Positions 24,901 to 35,111 of a DNA stretch of 64,000 nt are shown piece by piece. The notes under the pieces were generated by a model, which was given only the letters and a program-made list of their open reading frames with translations, had not been told where the DNA came from and made no database searches. Position 1 is the first letter of the stretch. The number at the start of each line of letters is the position of its first letter. The stretch is from Nemertoderma westbladi. Its lineage: Eukaryota; Animalia; Xenacoelomorpha. The position numbers and the translations under genes are program-made. The DNA is taken from the NCBI GenBank assembly GCA_032718475.1, contig JAUCBJ010004084.1, positions 1-64,000 of the forward strand, given 5' to 3'.

Positions 24901-27083
24901 TTAGGTATGGACAGCATATGTTCCATAATTTAGTGATTCATAGCACTGACTGTTTGGTACCGGTTCGCTTTGTAGAACGTACATTAGTACCCCCCCCCCC
25001 CCCCCTGTCTGGAGTTAGCTATTTGATCAGGCAAGGAGCATTTCTGCTACCGGCACACTGCTTGGCCTAGGGAGGTTTATTAATATCCTACCGCGCCTTG
25101 CCACGTACTGATAGGTATTGCTGCTAACTACCGCAGCAACAAAGTTCTAGAATTAAATTAGTATACCAGATCAGCTAACGTACGGTAGCGATTAACCCAT
25201 ATTCTTATCTTACAACCAGAATCTGGTATTAGTGCCGATCACGGGTGTAGTTACTAACACTGTGGTTGCCCATTGGGTTGTGGATAGGAAGGAGAGAGCT
25301 TTGACGTCATTCGTGAGTATAAAGTTCTACAAACGCGACTAGTTTATTTTAGTAGCTAGCGCACGGTATCATTTTAGTCAGAAAATCACTAAAACCTAGT
25401 AAAAGGAATTACACGAAATTGTTTTATTTGTAACACACCCACACACACACGCCCTAAAACATATTGCCCTTAAAGTTCTACTAGCTATAGCGCACTATAC
25501 ATTACTTTAGGTGGAAATTGTCTGTATTTGTAAAATTAGGATCTGATTTAGTTGCGGCAAAATAAGGAGTATTTCACTTTCGTTATTAAACTGTTGATTT
25601 CTGTCCAGCAGTTATTGTTACATTTAGGCCTGACCTTTTAGACTGATTTCGTACAGGGGGATCAGTTATCGTTACATTAGGTACGACCCCTTTCGACTGA
25701 TTTTAGGACTGAATCAGTGTTGTTACGCTAGGTCTGTTAACCCACTAGCTCGTATATAAACCATATAAATCACACCGCGGCAAGTTACTGTATTTAGGAC
25801 TGTCAGTGATAGTTAGGATTCGCTGCGCGGGGATTGTTTTCCCGTGAGTTTGGTCTGTTACTGTAACTGTACATCTGCCTCACCGGTTAGAGGACAGGTA
25901 TCCTTCTGTCTTGTACGTAGGCATTAGACCCGCTCACGTACATAGAATAGATACTAGGCTCTGTTCCTCGCCAGTAGTCGTTTGTGTACTGTATCTGTTT
26001 GTTTAGATATCCTGGACTGGGATTTGTTGTCAGATACTGTACGAGCCCGTATACATTACTAGAGTCTCATAGTAAGATACATCGTTACTAGGATCTGGTA
26101 AGCGGTATACTACTGGACCCTTACAGTAGGAAGTATTTATATAAATTAGTATATAGTGTTTCCGCCGTAGCGTATAGTATAGTTTAGAATTGTTAGCTAT
26201 TGAAAGTAGGAGATATTTAAAATTTAAGGTTAGTAAATTTAGTAATTTAGAACGTCCCCTGCTTCAGTAGGCTTTTAGGGTAGCTAGTACTTTCGTATTT
26301 AATATTTGACTAGCTAACAGTTAGTTTGTAGCACTTTGTTTTACGCCGTGTGTGTGCGGTGTTACTTTCGGTACTTGAAAAGGTACATAGGGTTTAAAGA
26401 CCAATTTGTATCGTTACCTAGGAAGATTTTTCGTAAGCGTAGAAGTAAAACTCTCACCTTCGACCTTTTCAGGACTCAAGGACTCATTTCTGGACCGCTT
26501 CGAGGATTAGACCGCTTTTCGCAAAGTTTGGGAGACAATAAATTCGTCCGCGCCGCCGAAAAACGGAAAGACCCACGTCCGGTTTGTATTTGGGAATTTG
26601 TACGACTGGAAGATCAAAGGAACGTAAGTTTTACGACTCGCGTCGTTCAAACTTAAGAAAGCACAGTAGTACTCAAAATTTGTGGGTTTCACTGTCTATT
26701 AGTAGTGTTGTTGGTACGTATTTTCCCGTTAGACGTTGCTGTTTGGCCTATTGTTTGTACTTGTTGATCTATATTTTGTTAACGTATACCGTTATCTCAT
26801 TTATTCGTACAAATTTAGCCGGTAGGCTAGATTACTACTTATTTTATTATATACCTTGTTAGTTTTATTTGTACCGGTTAGGGTATATATATGATATATA
26901 TATATATCAAGGTAAGTTTGACATTTGTACATTTCGACATTTTGACATTTCGACATTCTGACTTGTTGATTTATTTGTACCGGTTAGGGTATATATGTAC
27001 TATATATACCAAGGTAAGTTTGACACTTCAACATTCAGACACTTTGACATTTTATTACCCGTACTTGACGTATATAATAAGAC

Positions 27084-30000
27084 ATGAGTGACACACCCCA
27101 TTCGACGAGATACCCACCTACCGACTATGACTCGTGCGACCCGGACAGATCGACAGTAGACGAACCGAGAAGGAGAACCCGAGATTCCACCGATGTCACA
27201 CCGCTTGCGTCGCCGGTACCCCGAACGGAAATACCGGAAGCCGCAACGCGTGGCGACGGCAGAATCGAAGATTTCCTTACCGTCCCGCAGACTAGATCAC
27301 GGGAACCGGACATGGTAAGTTCGACTGGAAGCCAGGAGAACGTTATTAGAAGTATAGGAGGACACATGGCCCAGATTACTCGGAACCTCGGAGAAGGTTT
27401 TCGCGTTTTACGCGAGTTAACCGCCCCGATGTCGAGATACGAGTTCTACACCTTACAGGTAAGGATAGAAAGTAGGGTACATGCCTCCGTAGATAAACTT
27501 AAAGGTTTACACGAACTTGCAGAGTTGCGTGGCGACAACTTTACTCAGGTAAAGATAGTAGATAAATTAGTAAGTGCGAGAGAAAGCATTATCCAGTTTA
27601 AGTCAGTAATAAGATTGGCTCAACAGGAGCAGTTTGACCAACTGCTAGGTGAGTCAGTTTCGGATGCGTTGTTACAACCCGAAGAGGAAGAAGAACTCTA
27701 CTGCCTGGACGGAAGGTTGGAAACGCTTACCAATTTTCTTCGTAGATGCGGCGTACCGATCGACGAACCGGAAGTCGAACCGCGAGGGACGACGGAAGTT
27801 CTCACTACGGAAGGCTCGCGAGCCTACCAACATCCACCACTGGATAGATCGTTCGTTAGCGTACGGAGCGACGTTGGCGACGTTGGCGACGTTAGTAGAA
27901 CAGCGTCTGGAATTATTCGACAACAACAGGAGGTCGCACGCCGACAACAAGTCGCTGAGGAAGAAACTCAACGACAATTGGCGCAGATTGCGATGGAAGG
28001 AGAAAGACAGCGTAGAGAAGACGTAGCGAAACTTGCGAAACTTCAAGCGCAGGCTGAGTTCGAAGCATCAGAGATGCGGAGACTGGAGGAGGACTTAGCG
28101 CGAGAAGCGGCAGCCGACGAGTTAGCACGACAGGCGGCAGCTGACGTGTTAGCACGACAGGCGGCAGCTGACGTGTTAGCACGACAGGCGGCAGCTGACG
28201 AGTTAGCACGGAAAAAGGCAGCATCCGACGCTCGGGCCAAGTTGGAGGCGCGGCAAATAAATGCTCGATTAGCTATACAGGAAGCGGAGTTAGCGGCACA
28301 ACAACAGGATGCAGATCGACGCGAAAGAGAGATGCAGCTCCAGTTCGAACTAAATCGCAGATCGCGCGAGGCGGCGAACGCGCAAGAGGACCTCGAACTC
28401 GACGCGAGAGATAGATCTATAAGATCGCGAACTGGACACGACTTGTCTGCCCTGGATCGTATGGAAGCTCGATATCGCGGAATACAGAAGCGGATCGAGG
28501 AAGGAAGCGTGGGAGCGATAGATCGAGGAGAGGAGTTCGTTGAGGATTACTGTAAACGTTTTCCCCAAGTTATTCCTATGCTCAAACCCACGACTCCAAT
28601 AAAACCGGTCTTTGTTACGAAACCTAAGGAAATAACGCCTGTGCGTTCGACGCAAGGCAACAGGTTTGTTGTGACGGAAATACCGCAACCTAGGGCGACT
28701 TCATCGCCAATTTTAGCAGGTAAGATAAGTAGTCCACCTACTGTAAGCCGTAGTTTACTTGTAGAGAGAGACGAACCTGCGTTTATGACAGTAAAACAGG
28801 TGAGTAAACCATTACAAGTTAAACCTGTGACGTGCTGCGCGAACCCAGTCATTTATAAACCTACAGTAGAGCTTAACTCCGATGTTTTTACTAGACCTCT
28901 CACCCAATGTTTAACGAGACCTACGACTTCGTGGAAGGCTTGCGAGCCTGCCGAACAACGGAGAGCCGTAGATCCCAGATCACAACGAACTCGACCAAGG
29001 ATAATACGCCGGACGCGAACCCGCCAACCACCTTATCCGGACGACAGCGACTCATCTAGCGACTCGGAGTCGACGGAACGGGAAATATTCCGTACGGGAG
29101 CGGCAGCGGCAGCGGATTACAAACGGGAGGAGAGATCGACAAACCCATACATCGACAATCCACCTCGAGAAACACCCCAACAGAAACCCACGTTGCAACC
29201 AGCGGAAGCGATTAGCACCAACAGACTCGCCGAAATAATGCGACCTGTAGCGGACCGACTAGCTCAGATAGAAGAGCGACTCGAAGCACAACCGTCGGAT
29301 CGATCACGAACCAGCGTGGAGTTGGAACAACCTAGACAACATCGACCACCGAGGAGAGAACAGGAGACTAGACGGACTCCGACACATCGAGAAGAAGATC
29401 CCGTTAATAATTCCTACCGACGAACAACGCGCGGAAGGGAACGACTGGACGACGCCGCCGAACAGGGACGCGGACAGTTGGATTTGGTTAGCGAGATTGC
29501 GAAATTCGCGGCTAGACACGGATTACCGGCACAGCAACCGCCGAAGTTCTCTGGCAACGCGAAACACTGGCGCACACTGGTAGACTACGTAGAGTCCCAG
29601 ATCGCTAAGTGTGCTTTCACCTCGACGGAGAAGTTTAATTACTTGCTCCAAGTCCTGTCTGGTGAGCCGAAACGATTAGCGGAAACCTTTATTGGTGTTC
29701 CCGATGCCTTTGAGTTGGCATACGACCGTTTGTATTCAATTTACGGCGGTAATGTCGCCATGGCTAAATCCATCATTGAAGACCTCTGCAGAGGAGGCAA
29801 CATTTCGAGACCGATCGACCTTTTACGACTCGCGGACGAAATAAAGAACGCTATAGGGACTTTACGGTCCATTGGACAACTCGAGTACGCTAACGCACCG
29901 ACGGTTCTCATTCGAATAATCGGTCGACTTCACCATCGACTACGAAGAGAATGGCGACGCATCGAGTACCAGCGCGAAGAGGCCGGAGGGTTATTAAAAC

Positions 30001-33000
30001 TCACCGATGTCTATCAACTTATTTCACGGGAGGCCGTGATCGAGACTCGATCGAACTATACCGATCACCATATCGCGGCGGAAGGGATAACTGTTTCTGC
30101 GCCGAATCGGACTAAACCGTTTCCGACGAACGCGAAAGCCGTTACTTACGCCACCCCTACTGAGACTTCTAAAGTTCTGACGCCTATCGGCACCACGCAG
30201 CCACGACAACAGTTGCCGGCGGACTTTGTGGGATGCTCATACTGCGAGCGGAACGGCAGAAACCATAGCGGACATAAACTACGTGGATGTCGCGCTTTTA
30301 AAGAGTTAGGGATCGAGGAGAGGAGACTCCAAATCCGATCTCTAGATTCCTGTTGGAGATGTATGAAGCCAGGACACGTCCGGAAGGATTGCCCGAGCGA
30401 CGATACATGTTCTTTGTGTGGACGTAACCATGACGCGTTGCTTCACACAACCAGTCATACTCCGACCAGACGCTTTCGACGAGAGCATCCAGATAAAGCG
30501 GCTAGATGCGACGCGCTTTATAAGGAGCGTGCGCCGCGCGAGATCCGTACCTTTTATACCGACTGTATGGATCAGTCAGGATCATCGGACGAGGACGAGG
30601 AGGAAGACGACACTTTCTACGTGCATGCAGGTGAGGAACAGCCATCGATAACGCTCCTCACACAGAACCAACTGAAAGGGTTTAGCGTGATTCCTATAAA
30701 GATTACCGGAACCCGAGGGAGCAAGCGTATATACGCCATCTTAGACTCTGCGTCATCGCATAGTTATGTCGACGAACAAGTAGCCGACGTAGTTACGGAC
30801 ATGAGTCAAGGTAAGACTGCTCAGTATACTGTAAGCAGCATGCATGGTAAGAGAGCGATTCCTGTGACAAGAGTAAAACTAACCTTAGACACTCTTCTTT
30901 CCAAAGCGGAACACAGCAAGGAGGAGCGCTCATTACTTCCGGTAAGAAATTTGACCTTTGCAGCTACGAAGGACTTTAGTAACTTGCTCGGCCCTGTGCC
31001 AGAGCAATCACCGGAAGATCGTAAGTATTTCCGACACCTTGGAATACCGGAATGTCCTGTCAATTATCGTTCTATTGCGATGTTAATTGGGACAGACCAG
31101 TTTAACTTACATCAGGTATGGGAGACACGCCCATCTGTTATTACAGCGGGCAACCCCTACGCATGTAGAACTCCCATAGGTTGGTATACTAGAGCACCAA
31201 TACGTTCACTAGAGGTAAGTGACCAGGAGGACGACGTTTTGAGTACGTGTAGTTTATTGACTAACACGATAGATAATTCTCCTTCACACTCCCGTGGTCC
31301 AATTGTACGGACGGCACTACGACAGACTTGCGTCACTAACGCAGACGCCACCGATACTGACGTAACCGATCTGGACACGACCATACGGACCTCTGACTTA
31401 CAACTACTTGCAGTAGACCAGGTTGTATTGACTGCTGAAGACCTGAGGGTTGTTGCTGTGGATGACTCGATGAACGAGGATTTTGGAAGGCTTGCGAGCC
31501 TACCGAAAAATCCGAAGGTCATTGACCCCACCCACCAGGCTTCGACACCGGTCGTTGATCTTGGAAGGCTTGCGAGCCTACCGATAGATCAAGAAGTTGT
31601 CAAACCGCCGCACGACGATTCGACGCCGACTAGTGACACCGGAAGGCTTGCGAGCCTACCAGACACCTTGACACTAGCCACCGCAGCGGACGAAGACGTG
31701 GACGAGGACCATGGCGCAGTGCAAGCAGCGCTTGACCGACTGCTGACTGAACGGACCATTCAATGGTTGGAACAGGACTCAGCAGAACCCGGTAGTTACG
31801 AGACCGCTATGTCAGAACAGGAAAAACGGTCATTAAATATTATGAGAGATACCATTCGCCAGACCGCGAATGGCCACTATGAGGTTGGTATGTTGTGGCG
31901 CAATGGACAACCTAAGCTCGTTAACAATTACCCGCTTGCTTTGAGGCGACTCAAATCAATAAGGCAGCGATTGTTGCGAGACGAGATGGCCCATATGCAA
32001 TACAATGCACAACTTCAGACGTATCTCCAAAAGGGATACGCCATTAGGATGTTAAATCCCGAGGTAACCACAGACCAGACATATTACCTGCCACATCATT
32101 TTGTTCGACACCCGGACAAACCTGGCAAGGTGCGTGTAGTCAACGACTGCGCTGCGCTTTACCAAGGGATGTCTATGAACAGCGAACTGATGGACGGGCC
32201 GAATATGAATAATTACCTCATGGGAGTCCTAATGCGTTTTAGACAACGCAAAGTGGCTTTCACCTGTGACGTAGAGGCCATGTTTCACCAGGTTAAGGCT
32301 TTGGAGCGGGACAGGGACAGTTTGAGGTTTCTTTGGTATCCGGACGGAAACTTACAACTTCCGCCAGAAACTTACCAAATGCAGGTAAGAGTTTTCGGAG
32401 CCAGGGACAGCCCCAACTGCACCATGTACGCCTTAAAGCAGACAGCATTAGACAGACGAGACCAATTTGACCCAGAAGTAGTTCGGACCGTGGAACGAGA
32501 TTTCTACGTGGATGACGGCCTCAAGAGTTGTGACACCTTGGAGCGCGCTACAACCGTAGCACACCAACTCCAGGATTGTCTCGCTGAGGGCGGATTTCAC
32601 CTGACGAAGTTCGCTTCCAACGAACCCGAACTGGTGAACTCATTTGACCCGATGGACCGTAGCGGAGGTGACTTGGACTTAGACCTAGAACCTCTGCCGA
32701 CGACCAAAGTATTAGGACTTAGTTGGGACCCTAACACCGACAATTTTAGGGTACGTGTAAGGTCCAACAACCAGACTAGACCTCTCACTAAGAGGACTTG
32801 CTTATCGACCATGAGTCGATTGTATGACCCATTGTGTTTCATTAGTCCAGTGATCCTACATGCTAGGATCATACTCCGCAGCATTTGGCAAGCCGGACTG
32901 GAATGGGACGATCCCATCCCAGCTGAGCGATGGAGGGACTGGGAAGCCCAACTGACGTTCCTACAAGACTATACCATACCGAGGGTATACTTTCCTTTAC

Positions 33001-33488
33001 AAACCACCTTTCCTGCCGATTTAGAGCTTCACAGCTTTAGTGACGCTAGCAAGGATGGATTTGGGGTTACTTTATACCTTAGACGACAAGTGACATCGGA
33101 CAGCTACGATGTATCTCTCGTTACTTCAAGGGCTAGAACAATGCCATTGAAGTATATGACTGTACCTCGTGGGGAGCTGCAAGCCGGGACGATATCCACC
33201 AATATTGTCAGTCTAGTTCAACGCGAGCTGGAGGCTAACTTGAAGGTCACATATTGGACGGATGCGACGTTGGTACTTTGGTACATAAACAACGAAACAT
33301 TCGAGTTCAAGACTTTCGTAGCCAACAGACGGGCTGAAATACTAGACCGGTCGCTCAAACAAGATTGGCGTCACTGTCCAGGGAAGCTGAACCCAGCTGA
33401 CATAATAGCGTTGCTAGTTCATCAGACGATTTCCCAGAATAAATATTGGATTATTAAAAGTTGGTGTGAAGAAGAAACAAATAGGTAG
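27084..33488 (+). CDS. gag-pol: BEL/Pao LTR retrotransposon Gag-Pol polyprotein, 3'-truncated in RNase H (no integrase)
   Basis: PPKFSG gag block, CWRC..H..C..CSLC..H..LLH knuckles, protease AILDSAS, RT YYLPHH..RVVND..DVEAMF..YVDD, RNase H FSDAS/PRGEL/WTDA/WRHCPGKLNPAD; homology stops ~33405. Confidence 0.95.
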   Translation: MSDTPHSTRYPPTDYDSCDPDRSTVDEPRRRTRDSTDVTPLASPVPRTEIPEAATRGDGRIEDFLTVPQTRSREPDMVSSTGSQENVIRSIGGHMAQITRNLGEGFRVLRELTAPMSRYEFYTLQVRIESRVHASVDKLKGLHELAELRGDNFTQVKIVDKLVSARESIIQFKSVIRLAQQEQFDQLLGESVSDALLQPEEEEELYCLDGRLETLTNFLRRCGVPIDEPEVEPRGTTEVLTTEGSRAYQHPPLDRSFVSVRSDVGDVGDVSRTASGIIRQQQEVARRQQVAEEETQRQLAQIAMEGERQRREDVAKLAKLQAQAEFEASEMRRLEEDLAREAAADELARQAAADVLARQAAADVLARQAAADELARKKAASDARAKLEARQINARLAIQEAELAAQQQDADRREREMQLQFELNRRSREAANAQEDLELDARDRSIRSRTGHDLSALDRMEARYRGIQKRIEEGSVGAIDRGEEFVEDYCKRFPQVIPMLKPTTPIKPVFVTKPKEITPVRSTQGNRFVVTEIPQPRATSSPILAGKISSPPTVSRSLLVERDEPAFMTVKQVSKPLQVKPVTCCANPVIYKPTVELNSDVFTRPLTQCLTRPTTSWKACEPAEQRRAVDPRSQRTRPRIIRRTRTRQPPYPDDSDSSSDSESTEREIFRTGAAAAADYKREERSTNPYIDNPPRETPQQKPTLQPAEAISTNRLAEIMRPVADRLAQIEERLEAQPSDRSRTSVELEQPRQHRPPRREQETRRTPTHREEDPVNNSYRRTTRGRERLDDAAEQGRGQLDLVSEIAKFAARHGLPAQQPPKFSGNAKHWRTLVDYVESQIAKCAFTSTEKFNYLLQVLSGEPKRLAETFIGVPDAFELAYDRLYSIYGGNVAMAKSIIEDLCRGGNISRPIDLLRLADEIKNAIGTLRSIGQLEYANAPTVLIRIIGRLHHRLRREWRRIEYQREEAGGLLKLTDVYQLISREAVIETRSNYTDHHIAAEGITVSAPNRTKPFPTNAKAVTYATPTETSKVLTPIGTTQPRQQLPADFVGCSYCERNGRNHSGHKLRGCRAFKELGIEERRLQIRSLDSCWRCMKPGHVRKDCPSDDTCSLCGRNHDALLHTTSHTPTRRFRREHPDKAARCDALYKERAPREIRTFYTDCMDQSGSSDEDEEEDDTFYVHAGEEQPSITLLTQNQLKGFSVIPIKITGTRGSKRIYAILDSASSHSYVDEQVADVVTDMSQGKTAQYTVSSMHGKRAIPVTRVKLTLDTLLSKAEHSKEERSLLPVRNLTFAATKDFSNLLGPVPEQSPEDRKYFRHLGIPECPVNYRSIAMLIGTDQFNLHQVWETRPSVITAGNPYACRTPIGWYTRAPIRSLEVSDQEDDVLSTCSLLTNTIDNSPSHSRGPIVRTALRQTCVTNADATDTDVTDLDTTIRTSDLQLLAVDQVVLTAEDLRVVAVDDSMNEDFGRLASLPKNPKVIDPTHQASTPVVDLGRLASLPIDQEVVKPPHDDSTPTSDTGRLASLPDTLTLATAADEDVDEDHGAVQAALDRLLTERTIQWLEQDSAEPGSYETAMSEQEKRSLNIMRDTIRQTANGHYEVGMLWRNGQPKLVNNYPLALRRLKSIRQRLLRDEMAHMQYNAQLQTYLQKGYAIRMLNPEVTTDQTYYLPHHFVRHPDKPGKVRVVNDCAALYQGMSMNSELMDGPNMNNYLMGVLMRFRQRKVAFTCDVEAMFHQVKALERDRDSLRFLWYPDGNLQLPPETYQMQVRVFGARDSPNCTMYALKQTALDRRDQFDPEVVRTVERDFYVDDGLKSCDTLERATTVAHQLQDCLAEGGFHLTKFASNEPELVNSFDPMDRSGGDLDLDLEPLPTTKVLGLSWDPNTDNFRVRVRSNNQTRPLTKRTCLSTMSRLYDPLCFISPVILHARIILRSIWQAGLEWDDPIPAERWRDWEAQLTFLQDYTIPRVYFPLQTTFPADLELHSFSDASKDGFGVTLYLRRQVTSDSYDVSLVTSRARTMPLKYMTVPRGELQAGTISTNIVSLVQRELEANLKVTYWTDATLVLWYINNETFEFKTFVANRRAEILDRSLKQDWRHCPGKLNPADIIALLVHQTISQNKYWIIKSWCEEETNR

Positions 33489-33974
33489 AACAGGTTATTG
33501 AATCCACAGTTCAAGATATGTCAGCCGCGGTAGATATACTCAGTACAGTATAACAGTTTTAATTAAATTTATAATCTTTTAGTCATTTCAAACTTGAACT
33601 CAAACCTAACTCAAACCTGTCTGGTTTACTGAAACCCAACTCAAACTCGCTTAACCACCCTCTGTGCAGACCTGTCGCCTACTCGCTTCTGTTATACTCT
33701 GCCTATGGGTTTGATGGTCTCCTGCTGTTATAACATTCCCTAAACTTGATTTGTTTGTGTGTAAACTCCAGTAGACAGTGAGAATTAAGTTGCAGACTCA
33801 GTGACTCAATTTATTTTTAAATTTCAGAATAGAAAAATTATATGCTAAATTATTAAACTGAAGATTTATTAATTTTTTATTACATTTATTAAGTATGTAT
33901 GACTCATAACATATTAACGTTATTTTACATAAAAATATAACCATAAAAGTTAACGTAACCTTATACATAACGTT

Positions 33975-35080
33975 GTCAGGTCAGGTCCCCAGATCCTGCT
34001 ACCACTATGGCAGTAATGTGGTACTACCCGTAGCTGTCAGCCCAGTAGGGCAGGCCCGATAAGCATGGCCTATTCATTATTTAGTTGATCAAGAGTGGGT
34101 TGGTTTAGCCCCGTCAACTAAATAAGTCATTGAGGGCTATAGCGCCTAGGGCACCATTGAAGACAAAGGCTTGATACGCATCTGCATTAGAGATGATACA
34201 CGCCCCGCCCTGTCTATACTGGATGCTCCTCTACCAGTGTTAGGTAACCTAACCCAGGAGGCACACTTGGTTCAGGGTGTAACAAAAGGACCCCTACAGT
34301 CGGCAGCAGGGCTGTAGGCCATGGATAGGCGGAAGGTAATCAACCAACGGCTAGACATGCTGACAAGGTCGGCGGAAGGTAATCAACCAACGGCGACCTA
34401 CTGCGAAGACGCTTGTAGGAGTTGCGACCACAAGCGATTTACTCCCGCAACTGAAAGATATGAGTATGAGAACCCTCCAGGAGAAATACCGGCTCGGTCG
34501 TCGCCCGGGTCAACAAGGACCGCGTCCCTCAGTGGTACACCAGGCTGGGGTCGATAAATTGGCTACTGGAACAGAAGACAGAGAAGAAAGAAGAACCAAC
34601 CTGTTGAAATGTAAAAAGACACTAAAGATTGCTACAATGAACGCACGCATGCTGAAAGCACATACCAAACAGGGTGACATGGTCGCTCTGGCAATGGAAT
34701 ATAACATCGACATCATCTGCATCCAAGAACATCGGATTTGTCATGAAGACAGTGCCATGAAGTACAATGACATTGGAAATGGATGGACGTTAGTAACAAG
34801 CTCAGCAGTAAGAAACTCGGCCAATGCATCAATTGGTGGAGTAGGAATTATGCTAAGCCCATTTGCACTTAAGACCCTAAACAACATCGAATCTATAAAT
34901 TCCAGGCAACATTTGATAGGAATCCCAAGGCAACAGTAATATGTTGCTACAGTTCAACCAATGCCTCAGAGCCAGAACAAGCAGTCAAGTTTTATGAAGA
35001 ACTGATTGGACTTATAAAGGACATCCCGAGACACAATGTTAACCCTATTACCACTGGGGTGTTTTGACCATTAGCACCAC

Positions 35081-35111
<31 letters not shown>

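Noticed and set aside
26336-26862. Short ORFs in the BEL leader
   Set aside because: Non-ATG starts, no motifs; lengths expected by chance
31485-31660. CRISPR-like repeat-spacer pattern
   Set aside because: Only three repeats, spacers homologous to each other, inside a eukaryotic retrotransposon ORF, no cas genes
33975-34330. HDV-like ribozyme in the RTE 5' UTR (also looked at 39290-39410)
   Set aside because: Hairpins are present but I could not assemble the nested double pseudoknot by eye
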